Positions 27,069-37,764 are shown, numbered from the stretch's first letter. The stretch is DNA of 56,321 bases from Gammaproteobacteria bacterium (GCA_016845205.1 JAERTA010000068.1:1-56321); one strand, 5' to 3'. Made by a program: numbers and translations. Notes: a model not told the origin generated them from the sequence alone.

Positions 27069-29528
27069 TTAACCGCGTGCGCCGCCAGATAAAGTTACTC
27101 TTGAAGAGCCACCATCTGTACCATTTCCACCACCGCTACCATTAGTAATCTTAGGGCCTTCAACAATAGTCACTTCTCGATCCTTAAGTGCATGAGCACC
27201 AACTTTATGATCGTGATTTGGATTGCCTTTTTGCGTATCATTTCGATTAGAAGAGAACATACCTTCAGTGCCAGTAATTTGTCCACCACGGGACCAATTA
27301 TCACCTGTGACATCTGAACCGATTTCGTTGCCTTCGCCAGTCACAACTTTTGTCGGCTCTGAAGAAATAGCAACCTCCTGTTGAGATGCTTCATACGGAT
27401 GTCTAAATTCTGGTGTGCCTGTCATTACACCTTGCGCTTTAGCAACTGGGCCGGTAATTCTTGCATTGGTTCCAAAAACACTGTCATGGACTCTTTCAGA
27501 TCTACTCTGAAATGCCACACGAGCAGGCGACTGAACCGAAAAGTTTGCGTCATATTGCTCAGCTTGGCCTTCATTCTTGAGATAAGGTGTGCCACTAATT
27601 GACTGATCAAAACCCTTATTAAAATTACCAGAGAAACGTTGATCTTCTGTTGGTACCGTGCCACTTACCTCTTGCATTGTATGTGTTTTTCTCATTCTTT
27701 GCTCACTTTCAGCTACTGCTGACGTATCACAAAACTGACTCATCTCATCTCTAGATCTATAGCTGCTTCCAGAAATAGGACTACAACCACCAACTTCGTC
27801 ACCAGTCACTATCTCAGATTGACTAACTTGCGACCCAGAAACTTGTTGATCGTTCCATGTGTGACTTACTGTGTCTTTAAACTGTGCTGCCATCGGTACA
27901 AAAGAACATCTTTGCTCAAAACTTTCCTTACTAACATATTCGTTTCCGGTGACACCCAGGCACATGCCATAGTTGTCACCCGTTAGCTTTGGGGAGCCAT
28001 TAACCTCACTACCAGAAACACGATTACCAGTAATAGTATGTGTTTGATTTACTTTATCCGAACGCTGGTCGCACAAGCCTTTATTCGCAGAACTGTCATA
28101 TTGACTCCCAGTTAAACGCTGGCATGTTCCAGGCTCATTGCCAGTTACTTTCTCATCTCTATCCATCATGTTACCTGTAACACCCATACCCTTACGAGTG
28201 CTATCAACAGAAACCTTATTTGGTGTCAATGGGGCTTGAGTTCCACAATTAGCAATATATCTTTCATTAGAGACATATTCGGTGCCAGTCACTCTTTCAC
28301 ATGAGTCTTGAGCATCGCCTGTAACGGCTAGTGGTGATGATAATTCGCCACCTGATATTACAGAGCCATTATTTGTATGATTCACATCAACCTTAGTCGC
28401 ACCAACATTTGAACGACTAAAAGGGGCAGTTGAATAGTCAGAACCAGTAATTGCATGGCCGGCACCTGACTCAGAACCGGTTGTTGCATTTGCTCTAGCC
28501 TCATCTGCTCCAGTTATTGCTAAATTTTTTTTTGACGGTGTTGACATTACCTTGTGATGCGATGAAACAGCATCTGTATTAGAACATGCATTTGAATAAT
28601 GATCATAGCCCAAGTATTCATTACCTGTAATTACATTGCATGAACCAGGTTCGGTGCCAGTAATTTTAGAAGTAGACTCGACCAAAGTACCCGTCATTGT
28701 CTGACCTTTAGTTGTTTGAGTTTCACCAACCTTGGGTTCGTTTGCCTGAGGTGTTGTTGAGCATAATTGTGAAAATTGCTCAGCGCCTAAATACTCAGTG
28801 CCTGTAATTCCCTTACAACCGCCGGCTTCACTACCTGTAATCTTTTGTGTTTGTTCAACTTGAGTTCCACTAACTGTTTGACCTGCTAGTGTAGTACCTA
28901 GTTCAACTTTAGATGGAGCAGAACCTGGTCTAACTCTACCGCTTGGACGACAAGCTTCTTTATTGCCACGGCCAACTGTGCATCTTTCTTCACGCTTAAT
29001 TTTGGCTAGATCACGACCCGACATAGAGTTTTTATTATTATTAACTCTAGATCTTCTTGCTTCTCTACCAACTTTGCCTGGTAATGCTTGTTTGCCAGTT
29101 TTTGACATTTGTCTGCGTCTATCTCTACAGAAAGCTCTAACAGATGAACTAGCATTTGATTGACCAGCATCAACTAGCTCACAAATTGCATCTATTTTTA
29201 CATCGCCTTCTTGCGTAGATTGTTTATCATTGCAAGGAGAGCATGTTTCTTTCAAACCCTTTTCCTTGCAATCATCACAACAATACTCAAAGTTATCGTT
29301 TTCTACTGCTTGAGTATTGTTGTTTAATTCGTTATCTGTAGTGTTGTCTACAGTAGTATTTGACTGAACTTCTTGACCAATATTTGGGTTTGCTACTACA
29401 GCTGATTGTCTTCCTCTAGGGTTTACTCGACCAGTTTTTTTCATACCGGCAGAACCTGTTTTAGACATTTGCTGACGTCTGAGCATTGACCTCTCGCGTC
29501 CAGAAAGTTTTTCTGTTGAATTTGTCAT
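27069..29528 (-). CDS. csoS2: CsoS2 carboxysome scaffold protein
   Basis: 819 aa of low complexity. Three basic N-terminal motifs (RRQQMSKTG, RDRRRQMSKTGK, AKIKREERCTVGRG), seven middle repeats carrying [VI][TS]G triplets and paired Cys, and a C-terminal region with VTG/ITG motifs and a Gly-rich tail. Confidence 0.9.
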   Translation of the reverse strand: MTNSTEKLSGRERSMLRRQQMSKTGSAGMKKTGRVNPRGRQSAVVANPNIGQEVQSNTTVDNTTDNELNNNTQAVENDNFEYCCDDCKEKGLKETCSPCNDKQSTQEGDVKIDAICELVDAGQSNASSSVRAFCRDRRRQMSKTGKQALPGKVGREARRSRVNNNKNSMSGRDLAKIKREERCTVGRGNKEACRPSGRVRPGSAPSKVELGTTLAGQTVSGTQVEQTQKITGSEAGGCKGITGTEYLGAEQFSQLCSTTPQANEPKVGETQTTKGQTMTGTLVESTSKITGTEPGSCNVITGNEYLGYDHYSNACSNTDAVSSHHKVMSTPSKKNLAITGADEARANATTGSESGAGHAITGSDYSTAPFSRSNVGATKVDVNHTNNGSVISGGELSSPLAVTGDAQDSCERVTGTEYVSNERYIANCGTQAPLTPNKVSVDSTRKGMGVTGNMMDRDEKVTGNEPGTCQRLTGSQYDSSANKGLCDQRSDKVNQTHTITGNRVSGSEVNGSPKLTGDNYGMCLGVTGNEYVSKESFEQRCSFVPMAAQFKDTVSHTWNDQQVSGSQVSQSEIVTGDEVGGCSPISGSSYRSRDEMSQFCDTSAVAESEQRMRKTHTMQEVSGTVPTEDQRFSGNFNKGFDQSISGTPYLKNEGQAEQYDANFSVQSPARVAFQSRSERVHDSVFGTNARITGPVAKAQGVMTGTPEFRHPYEASQQEVAISSEPTKVVTGEGNEIGSDVTGDNWSRGGQITGTEGMFSSNRNDTQKGNPNHDHKVGAHALKDREVTIVEGPKITNGSGGGNGTDGGSSRVTLSGGARG

Positions 29529-29617
29529 ATTAAATTCCGTTTATAAGTACTTAAATATTTTTGCTAATGTTTATTAATAAACCATTAACAAATTTAAGTT
29601 TTATATAATCATTTCTA

Positions 29618-29643
29618 GGCGAATAACACAAAAGTTATTCACC
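29618..29643 (-). other. Stem-loop in the 129-nt csoS1-csoS2 spacer
   Basis: Minus-strand RNA GGUGAAUAAC-UUUUGU-GUUAUUCGCC forms a 10-bp stem with one G-U, starting 14 nt after the csoS1 stop. No adjacent U-tract, so it is not a canonical terminator. Confidence 0.4.
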
Positions 29644-29657
29644 TAAAAAATGACTGA

Positions 29658-29954
29658 TTAAACTTCAGCCGCTGAAGGCAGAATGTTTTCAACTTCGCCG
29701 TGAACACGCGCAATAATGTGGGCTGCTACCAGACCATCACCTACACGCTCACATGCGTCAGCGCCAGCACGTACTGCTGCGTTTACCGCACCAGTTTCAC
29801 CACGTACTAATACTGTTACATAACCGCCACCAACGAACTGACGACCAACTAAACGAACTTCTGCCGCTTTGGTCATAGCATCGGCCGCTTCAATAGCAGG
29901 AACAAGACCTCTAGTCTCGATCATGCCCAATGCGATTCCTGTTACATCACTCAT
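29658..29954 (-). CDS. csoS1: Carboxysome major shell protein CsoS1 (BMC-H hexamer)
   Basis: 98 aa. [32 protein letters not shown]...[23 protein letters not shown] is the canonical BMC-domain sequence. Confidence 0.95.
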   Translation of the reverse strand: MSDVTGIALGMIETRGLVPAIEAADAMTKAAEVRLVGRQFVGGGYVTVLVRGETGAVNAAVRAGADACERVGDGLVAAHIIARVHGEVENILPSAAEV

Positions 29955-29977
29955 AGTATTTCTCCTATATTTTTATA

Positions 29978-30307
29978 TTAGCCGCGATAAACAACGAAGT
30001 TCATACCTTGACTTTGTGAATAATTATCATAACCAAGCAAACGAACGTGGTGGTTAGGATACTCTCTATGACAAGCTTCTAGCTCTGCTAGAACTACATC
30101 AACTGATTGCTCACCAAACATTGGCAATTTCCACATGTACCAGTAATAAGTCATAGAACGCGCTGGCTCTACATGCTCAATTGCTGGATTCCATCCATTG
30201 TTAATGATGAACTGAATGTGTTGTCTTGTTTGATCAGGTGTCATCTGTGGTAAGTATGAAAAAGTTTCAAACTTAGGTCCAGATTTATAATCTTGCATTT
30301 CACTCAT
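29978..30307 (-). CDS. cbbS: RuBisCO small subunit (form IA)
   Basis: 109 aa (ETFSYLP...WNPAIEH...[11 protein letters not shown]). Lies immediately downstream of cbbL. Confidence 0.95.
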   Translation of the reverse strand: MSEMQDYKSGPKFETFSYLPQMTPDQTRQHIQFIINNGWNPAIEHVEPARSMTYYWYMWKLPMFGEQSVDVVLAELEACHREYPNHHVRLLGYDNYSQSQGMNFVVYRG

Positions 30308-30336
30308 AATAATTCCTCTTCTTTAAATTAAACCAA

Positions 30337-31755
30337 TTAACGGTTTTGACCGTCTAGTTTATCAACTGTGTCAAACTCAAACTTAATTTCTTTCCATGTT
30401 TCCATAGCAATCTTAAGTTCTGGACTATGTGCAGCAGCACTCTCCATTACAGCTTTACCTTCACGCTCTACATCAATACCGCGGTTACGCGCATCAACAC
30501 AAGCTTCAAGTGCAACACGGTTTGCAGCAGCACCTGCGGCATTACCCCATGGGTGACCTAACGTACCACCACCAAACTGTAGTACAGAATCGTCACCAAA
30601 GATTGCAACTAGTGCAGGCATATGCCATACATGAATACCACCCGATGCAACAGGCATTGTGCCTGGCATTGAACCGAAATCTTGGTCAAAGAAAATACCA
30701 CGACTACGATCTTCAGGAACAAATGATTCACGCATTAAGTCAATCCAACCTAATGTTGCTTCACGATCACCTTCTAGCTTACCTACAACAGTACCAGAGT
30801 GCATATGATCACCACCAGATAAACGTAAAGTTTTCGCTAATACTCTGAAGTGAATACCATGATGTGGGTTACGATCAACTACAGCGTGCATTGCACGGTG
30901 AATGTGTAACAATACACCGTTCTTAGCACACCAGCGCGCTAAACCTGTGTTTGCACAAAAACCACCAGTAAAGAAGTCATGCATAATAATTGGTGACTTA
31001 ATTTCTTTTGCAAATTCTGCACGTTCATACATTTCTTCCGGAGAAGCTGCTGTTACGTTTAAGTAGTGACCCTTACGCTCACCTGTTTCTTGTTCTGCAG
31101 TTTCAATTGCATCCTGACAGAATAAGAAACGATCACGCCAGCGCATAAACGGTTGAGAGTTTACGTTCTCATCATCCTTTGTAAAGTCTAAACCACCACG
31201 CAAACATTCGTATACCGCACGACCATAGTTCTTAGCTGATAAACCAAGTTTTGGCTTAATTGTACAACCTAACATTGGGCGACCGTATTTATTCATCTTG
31301 TCACGCTCTACTTGGATACCATGCGGAGGACCATTACAAGTCTTAACATATGCAAGAGAGAATCTAATGTCTTCTAAACGAAGGGCTCGTACTGCCTTAA
31401 ATCCAAATACGTTACCAACTAGTGAAGTTAGTACGTTTACAATTGATCCTTCTTCAAATAAGTCAATTGGGTAAGCAATAAATGCATAGTAACAACTATC
31501 ATCACCTGGTACATCTTCAATACGGTAACAACGGCCACGGTAGTAATCCATGTCTGTTAGTAAGTCTGTCCATACTGTAGTCCAAGTACCTGTTGAAGAT
31601 TCAGCAGCAACCGCAGCAGCAGCTTCTTCACGATCAATACCTGGTTGTGGTGTGATCTTAAAACAAGCCAATAAGTCCGAATCTAACGGAACATAATCAG
31701 GTTGCCAGTAAGTTTCGCGGTAATCCTTTACACCCGCTTCGTATTTTTTGGCCAT
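30337..31755 (-). CDS. cbbL: RuBisCO large subunit (form I, green-type IA)
   Basis: 472 aa. [10 protein letters not shown] (carbamylated-Lys motif), [11 protein letters not shown] and [13 protein letters not shown] strong SD (AAGGAGG) lies 5 nt upstream. Confidence 0.97.
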   Translation of the reverse strand: MAKKYEAGVKDYRETYWQPDYVPLDSDLLACFKITPQPGIDREEAAAAVAAESSTGTWTTVWTDLLTDMDYYRGRCYRIEDVPGDDSCYYAFIAYPIDLFEEGSIVNVLTSLVGNVFGFKAVRALRLEDIRFSLAYVKTCNGPPHGIQVERDKMNKYGRPMLGCTIKPKLGLSAKNYGRAVYECLRGGLDFTKDDENVNSQPFMRWRDRFLFCQDAIETAEQETGERKGHYLNVTAASPEEMYERAEFAKEIKSPIIMHDFFTGGFCANTGLARWCAKNGVLLHIHRAMHAVVDRNPHHGIHFRVLAKTLRLSGGDHMHSGTVVGKLEGDREATLGWIDLMRESFVPEDRSRGIFFDQDFGSMPGTMPVASGGIHVWHMPALVAIFGDDSVLQFGGGTLGHPWGNAAGAAANRVALEACVDARNRGIDVEREGKAVMESAAAHSPELKIAMETWKEIKFEFDTVDKLDGQNR

Positions 31756-31972
31756 TAAGCCCTCCTTTCTTTATAAATTTAATAAAAATTCAAAATGCCT
31801 GGCAATCATACAATATTATATTCATAGAGTAAAATAATATTTTTTTAAAAAATAATAATTTTAACTTATGATTATTTTTGCATTGTTCTATCGCACCTTG
31901 TTACCATAACGCTTTACAAGTTTTGTGATTTAGAGAGTACTTATAATTAACAAGCATGATAAATTTTATTTT
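31756..31972 (-). promoter_or_regulatory. cbbL upstream region (SD and candidate promoter elements)
   Basis: 217-nt AT-rich spacer between rimM and cbbL. SD AAGGAGG at 31761-31767. A perfect TATAAT on the minus strand at 31815-31820, but no convincing -35 element. Confidence 0.35.
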
Positions 31973-32482
31973 TTAAAATTTTTCATCCCAATCAACTTCT
32001 ATTACTCCTTTATCTAGATTAACAGATATTAAATACGGCTCAATAAAAGGCACCCAGTGCTCTTTTCTGTCCTTGCTTGACAAGGGTTCTTTTTCGCCAT
32101 TAATCACTAAGACAGTGTTAGCCCCTGTATCAACCAAATTATCAACACTTCCAAGGATAATGTTTTTTTGATTAACAACTTTTAGACCAATCAAATCTTC
32201 CCAATAGTACTCCCCTTTGGACAACATTGGTAATTGTGACTTTAAGATAAATAAATCAACACCAATCATAGATCGCGCTTGTTCACGATCATTAATATCT
32301 TTAAGTTGGGCAACAATGGTTTTTCCTTGTTCTCTTCCTTTGACAATATCTAATGTTTGCCACTGACCATCTACCTGAATATACCAAGGCTGGTAAGACA
32401 AAATATTTTTACGAGGTTGTGTGTGTGAAAATATTTTCACCCAGCCCTGAACGCCAAAAAGGCCATTGATCTTACCGACCAA
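31973..32482 (-). CDS. rimM: 16S rRNA processing protein RimM
   Basis: VGKINGLFGVQGWVKIFSHT N-terminus and a PRC-barrel C-terminus. Follows rpsP as in the trmD operon. TTG start. Confidence 0.85.
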   Translation of the reverse strand: MVGKINGLFGVQGWVKIFSHTQPRKNILSYQPWYIQVDGQWQTLDIVKGREQGKTIVAQLKDINDREQARSMIGVDLFILKSQLPMLSKGEYYWEDLIGLKVVNQKNIILGSVDNLVDTGANTVLVINGEKEPLSSKDRKEHWVPFIEPYLISVNLDKGVIEVDWDEKF

Positions 32483-32516
32483 TAGCCTTTTTTGATTAGG
32501 TGAAGAAGGTGCTAAA

Positions 32517-32996
32517 TTACTCAGCAGCCTCTTCCTCTGATGACGCTTCTTCTGCAGGTGTTTCTGCTTCAGATTCTGCTGCCGCAGCTGCTTCGGCTTC
32601 GGCTGCTGCCTTAGCTTCTGCTTGTTCTGCTGCTTTTGCTTCAGCTTCAGCTTTTGCCTCTTCGTCCGCTTTTGCTTTAGCTTCAGCTGCTAATTTAGCT
32701 GCTACTGCCGCTGCTCTAGCTTCTTGCGCTGCAACACGTTTTTCACGAATTGAAGGGTCTTTAAACTCTTTGACAAGTTGCTTAACACGATCAGAGATTT
32801 GTGCACCTTTTGATGCCCAGTAATCTAATCTATCTTCTTCGATGGTAAGCCTAACTTCTTGTCCACGAGCTACTGGATTAAAATATCCAATACGCTCAAT
32901 GTAACCACTATCTCTACGTTTTCTAGAGTCTGTTGCTACAATTGAATAAAAAGGTTTTTTCTTGGCTCCACCTCGGGCTAATCTAATTTTAACCAT
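32517..32996 (-). CDS. rpsP: 30S ribosomal protein S16 with an approximately 75-aa Ala/Glu/Lys-rich C-terminal extension
   Basis: [41 protein letters not shown] is the canonical S16 core (about 82 aa). It is followed by a low-complexity [19 protein letters not shown]... tail. Confidence 0.9.
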   Translation of the reverse strand: MVKIRLARGGAKKKPFYSIVATDSRKRRDSGYIERIGYFNPVARGQEVRLTIEEDRLDYWASKGAQISDRVKQLVKEFKDPSIREKRVAAQEARAAAVAAKLAAEAKAKADEEAKAEAEAKAAEQAEAKAAAEAEAAAAAESEAETPAEEASSEEEAAE

Positions 32997-33054
32997 GGGT
33001 TTTTTGCTCCTTTTATATTTGTAATACTTACGCCAAAAGACATAAGACGCGAAA

Positions 33055-34464
<1,410 letters not shown>

Positions 34465-34497
34465 TTATACGCTTTATATGATTCACTTATCAAACAG

Positions 34498-37056
34498 ATG
34501 AAAACAGCCTATTTAGCTCATACTAACGAGCGCGCCCAAAACAATTTACCGCCATTAGCACTGAGTGCAGAACAAACAAAATCTGTTGTTGAAAACCTAA
34601 TCAAAGGCAATGACGAAGATTTTTATCTTGATTTGTTGACACACCGTGTTCCGCCTGGTGTAGATGAAGCCGCTTATGTTAAAGCAAGTTTTTTAACCAG
34701 TGTCGCCAAGGGCGAACAAGCCTGTCATGCTATAGATCAAAAACACGCTACGTTTTTACTCGGCACAATGATGGGAGGCTATAACATTGAGCCACTGATT
34801 GATTTATTAGACATTGATGCGACAGCAAAAACTGCTAAAGACGCATTAGCAAAAACCCTGCTCATTTACGAAGCTTATCAGACCGTATTAGAAAAATCAG
34901 CCAGCAATACTTTTGCCAAGCAGGTGATTGATGCTTGGGCGAACGCCGATTGGTTTACCACTAGAGAAGCACTACCAAAAGAAATCAAGCTAACGGTTTT
35001 CCGCGTTGAAGGTGAAATCAATACTGATGACCTTTCGCCTGCGACTGAGGCTTGGTCGCGACCTGATATTCCACTACATGCACAATCAATGTTGGTTAAA
35101 AAAATGCAGAGCCCATTGGAAACCATCGCACAACTTAAAGAAAAAGGCTTGCCACTAGCTTTTGTAGGTGATGTGGTTGGCACTGGTTCTTCACGTAAAT
35201 CAGCCATCAACTCTGTGCTTTGGCACATGGGCAACGATGTTGATTACATTCCTAACAAACGGGGTGGTGGTGTGGTGCTTGGTGGCAACATTGCTCCGAT
35301 TTTTTTCAACACGGCACAAGATTCAGGCGCATTGCCGATTGAATGTGATGTAACAAAATTAAACATGGGCGATGAAATTACCATTTACCCCTATGAAGGG
35401 AAAATCACCAATACTAGTGGTGAGGTAGTATCTACTTTTGAGCTAACCCCAACCACCATGCCAGATGAAATTCGTGCAGGTGGTCGTATTCCTTTGATTA
35501 TTGGTAGAGGCCTTACAGACAAAACCCGCCAAGATTTAGATCTTCCAGTCAGTGAACTTTTCTTACGCCCACATGATGCTAGAAATAGTGACACGGGCTA
35601 CACGCTAGCGCAAAAAATCGTTGGTAAAGCATGTGGTGTTAAAGGTGTGCGTCCTGGTACTTATTGTGAACCGCGCATGACCACAGTTGGCTCCCAAGAC
35701 ACCACCGGCGCCATGACTCGTGACGAGTTAAAAGAATTGGCGTGTTTAGGTTTCTCGGCAGATTTGGTAATGCAAAGCTTTTGCCATACCGCCGCTTACC
35801 CTAAACCGGTAGACATAGAATTACAACACTCACTGCCTGACTTTATGCAATCTCGTGGTGGTGTCGCACTGAAGCCCGGCGATGGTATTATTCACTCATG
35901 GCTTAATCGCATGTTATTACCCGATACAGTAGGCACAGGTGGTGACTCGCACACACGTTTTCCAATTGGCATTAGTTTTCCAGCTGGCTCTGGTTTAGTT
36001 GCCTTTGGCGCATCCATTGGTGTGTTGCCACTTGATATGCCTGAATCTGTTTTGGTGCGTTTTTCTGGCACCATGCAAGAAGGCATTACTCTACGTGATT
36101 TGGTTAATGCCATTCCTTATGCAGCAATTCAACAAGGCTTATTAACGGTTGAAAAATCGAATAAAAAGAATATTTTCTCGGGAAGAATTTTAGAAATTGA
36201 AGGCCTAGGCGACCTTAAAATTGAACAGGCTTTTGAACTTACCGATGCTTCTGCTGAGCGTTCAGCTAATGGCTGTACTATAAAGCTCAACAAAGAGCCT
36301 GTAGCAGAATACTTGCAGTCAAATATTGCCTTATTGTCTTCAATGATAGAAATGGATTATGAAGACAAAAAAACCATTGCGCGTCGCATCCAGGCCATGC
36401 AAAAGTGGCTAGATTCGCCTGAATTACTTGAAGCTGACTCCAATTGTAAATATGCTGCCACTATTGACATTAACCTTGATGAAATCAAAGAGCCGATCTT
36501 GGCTTGTCCGAATGATCCAGATGATGTTAAAACACTATCAGACGTTGCCAATACTAAAATTGACGAAGTCTTTATCGGCTCGTGCATGACTAACATAGGC
36601 CATTTTAGAGCCGCTGCACAACTATTAAAAGATCAGTCAGATTTACCAACTGAGCTCTGGGTGGCACCACCTACGCGTATGGATGAGTCACAGCTTAAAA
36701 AAGAAGGTATTTACGAGACTTTTAATACCATTACTAAACACACAGAAACACCGGGCTGTTCGCTATGTATGGGCAACCAAGCGCGCGTTGAGAACAATGC
36801 CACTGTGGTTTCAACCTCAACTCGTAATTTTCCAAATCGTTTAGGCGATGGTGCTGATGTTTATTTATCTTCTGCTGAAGTAGCAGCAATTACTGCTAAA
36901 TTAGGCCACATCCCTACCCATGAAGAATATCTCAATGCGATGAAAGAAATACAGCCTATGTCTGATGACATTTATCAATATTTAAACTTTGACCAAATCT
37001 CTGAATACCAGGAAGCAATCGGACACATTGCACTTGACACAATTCTTGAAGAGTAA
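34498..37056 (+). CDS. acnB: Aconitate hydratase B / 2-methylisocitrate dehydratase
   Basis: Collinear with E. coli AcnB ([52 protein letters not shown]). Start taken at the ATG at 34498, by alignment with the E. coli N-terminus. Confidence 0.95.
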   Translation: MKTAYLAHTNERAQNNLPPLALSAEQTKSVVENLIKGNDEDFYLDLLTHRVPPGVDEAAYVKASFLTSVAKGEQACHAIDQKHATFLLGTMMGGYNIEPLIDLLDIDATAKTAKDALAKTLLIYEAYQTVLEKSASNTFAKQVIDAWANADWFTTREALPKEIKLTVFRVEGEINTDDLSPATEAWSRPDIPLHAQSMLVKKMQSPLETIAQLKEKGLPLAFVGDVVGTGSSRKSAINSVLWHMGNDVDYIPNKRGGGVVLGGNIAPIFFNTAQDSGALPIECDVTKLNMGDEITIYPYEGKITNTSGEVVSTFELTPTTMPDEIRAGGRIPLIIGRGLTDKTRQDLDLPVSELFLRPHDARNSDTGYTLAQKIVGKACGVKGVRPGTYCEPRMTTVGSQDTTGAMTRDELKELACLGFSADLVMQSFCHTAAYPKPVDIELQHSLPDFMQSRGGVALKPGDGIIHSWLNRMLLPDTVGTGGDSHTRFPIGISFPAGSGLVAFGASIGVLPLDMPESVLVRFSGTMQEGITLRDLVNAIPYAAIQQGLLTVEKSNKKNIFSGRILEIEGLGDLKIEQAFELTDASAERSANGCTIKLNKEPVAEYLQSNIALLSSMIEMDYEDKKTIARRIQAMQKWLDSPELLEADSNCKYAATIDINLDEIKEPILACPNDPDDVKTLSDVANTKIDEVFIGSCMTNIGHFRAAAQLLKDQSDLPTELWVAPPTRMDESQLKKEGIYETFNTITKHTETPGCSLCMGNQARVENNATVVSTSTRNFPNRLGDGADVYLSSAEVAAITAKLGHIPTHEEYLNAMKEIQPMSDDIYQYLNFDQISEYQEAIGHIALDTILEE

Positions 37057-37074
37057 TATTTACCAGCAGACGAT

Positions 37075-37108
37075 AAAAAAGCCGCTATCTAAGATAAGCG
37101 GCTTTTTT
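37075..37108. terminator. Bidirectional intrinsic terminator between acnB and rpmG
   Basis: AAAAAA-GCCGCT-loop-AGCGGC-TTTTTT. The GC stem is flanked by an A-run and a T-run and sits between convergent genes. Confidence 0.7.
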
Positions 37109-37129
37109 ATTAAAATCTCTTGAAGCGAA

Positions 37130-37285
37130 TTATTTAATTTTTGCTTCCTTATACATCACGTGCTTTCTTACAACAGGATCAAACTTTTTTACCTCTACCT
37201 TTTCTGGGTGAAGACGCTTGTTTTTAGTTGCAGTGTAAAAATGGCCAGTTTTGGCTGATGATACTAATTTAATTTTTTCTCTCAT
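37130..37285 (-). CDS. rpmG: 50S ribosomal protein L33 (not in the ORF track; 51 aa)
   Basis: Manual translation gives [51 protein letters not shown]. Lies directly downstream of rpmB. Confidence 0.9.
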   Translation of the reverse strand: MREKIKLVSSAKTGHFYTATKNKRLHPEKVEVKKFDPVVRKHVMYKEAKIK

Positions 37286-37294
37286 GTTTTACTC

Positions 37295-37531
37295 CTAAAC
37301 CTTTTCGCCACGTGCACGAATTTCTGAAAGTACGGTATCGATGCCTTTTTTATCAACAATACGCAAACCTTTTGCAGATAATTTTAGCTTTACAAAACGA
37401 TTTTCACTCTCCACCCAAAAACGATGTGTGTGTAAATTTGGGTAAAAACGACGACGCGTTCTATTGTTCGCGTGAGAAACATTATTACCACTAACTGGGC
37501 GTTTACCGGTTACTTGACATACCTTTGCCAT
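37295..37531 (-). CDS. rpmB: 50S ribosomal protein L28
   Basis: [29 protein letters not shown] is the canonical L28 N-terminus. Start taken at the ATG at 37531. Confidence 0.9.
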   Translation of the reverse strand: MAKVCQVTGKRPVSGNNVSHANNRTRRRFYPNLHTHRFWVESENRFVKLKLSAKGLRIVDKKGIDTVLSEIRARGEKV

Positions 37532-37614
37532 AACTAAACTCATCAAAAATCTAAAAGAAAGGAATTATACTTAAAAAATCGCTAATTTCAAAGCGAATTT
37601 ATATAAATATTCTA

Positions 37615-37643
37615 TTTACTATTAGTTCAACAGACTGTATGAT
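37615..37643 (+). promoter_or_regulatory. Candidate sigma70 promoter for tRNA-Ser (TTTACT - 17 nt - TATGAT)
   Basis: Hexamers at 37615-37620 and 37638-37643. The -10 element ends about 11 nt before the tRNA 5' end. Confidence 0.3.
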
Positions 37644-37654
37644 ATCCACACATT

Positions 37655-37744
37655 GGAGGGATGGCAGAGCGGCTGAATGCACCGGTCTTGAAAACCGGCA
37701 AGGGTTAATCCCCTTCTAGGGTTCAAATCCCTATCCCTCCACCA
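37655..37744 (+). tRNA. tRNA-Ser (anticodon UGA), CCA encoded
   Basis: 7-bp acceptor stem GGAGGGA/TCCCTCC, anticodon loop CTTGAAA, long variable arm (CAAGGGTTAATCCCCTTC), T-arm GGTTCAAATCC, and a 3' ACCA end. Confidence 0.9.
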
Positions 37745-37764
37745 TTATTTTATTAAGGAAAATA

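Noticed and set aside
30429-30848. 139-aa plus-strand ORF and other ORFs of 60-140 aa (e.g. 17124..17534, 18697..19044, 11069..11347, 35391..35594, 45709..46098) lying inside and antisense or out-of-frame to large genes
   Set aside because: Each lies wholly within a confidently identified conserved gene (cbbL, SLC13-like, SulP, yifB, acnB, purF). They have odd compositions, no SD and no recognisable family, so they are treated as shadow ORFs.
32500-32823. 107-aa Ala/Ser-rich plus-strand ORF
   Set aside because: It is the antisense of the Ala/Glu/Lys low-complexity tail of rpsP and is a compositional artefact.
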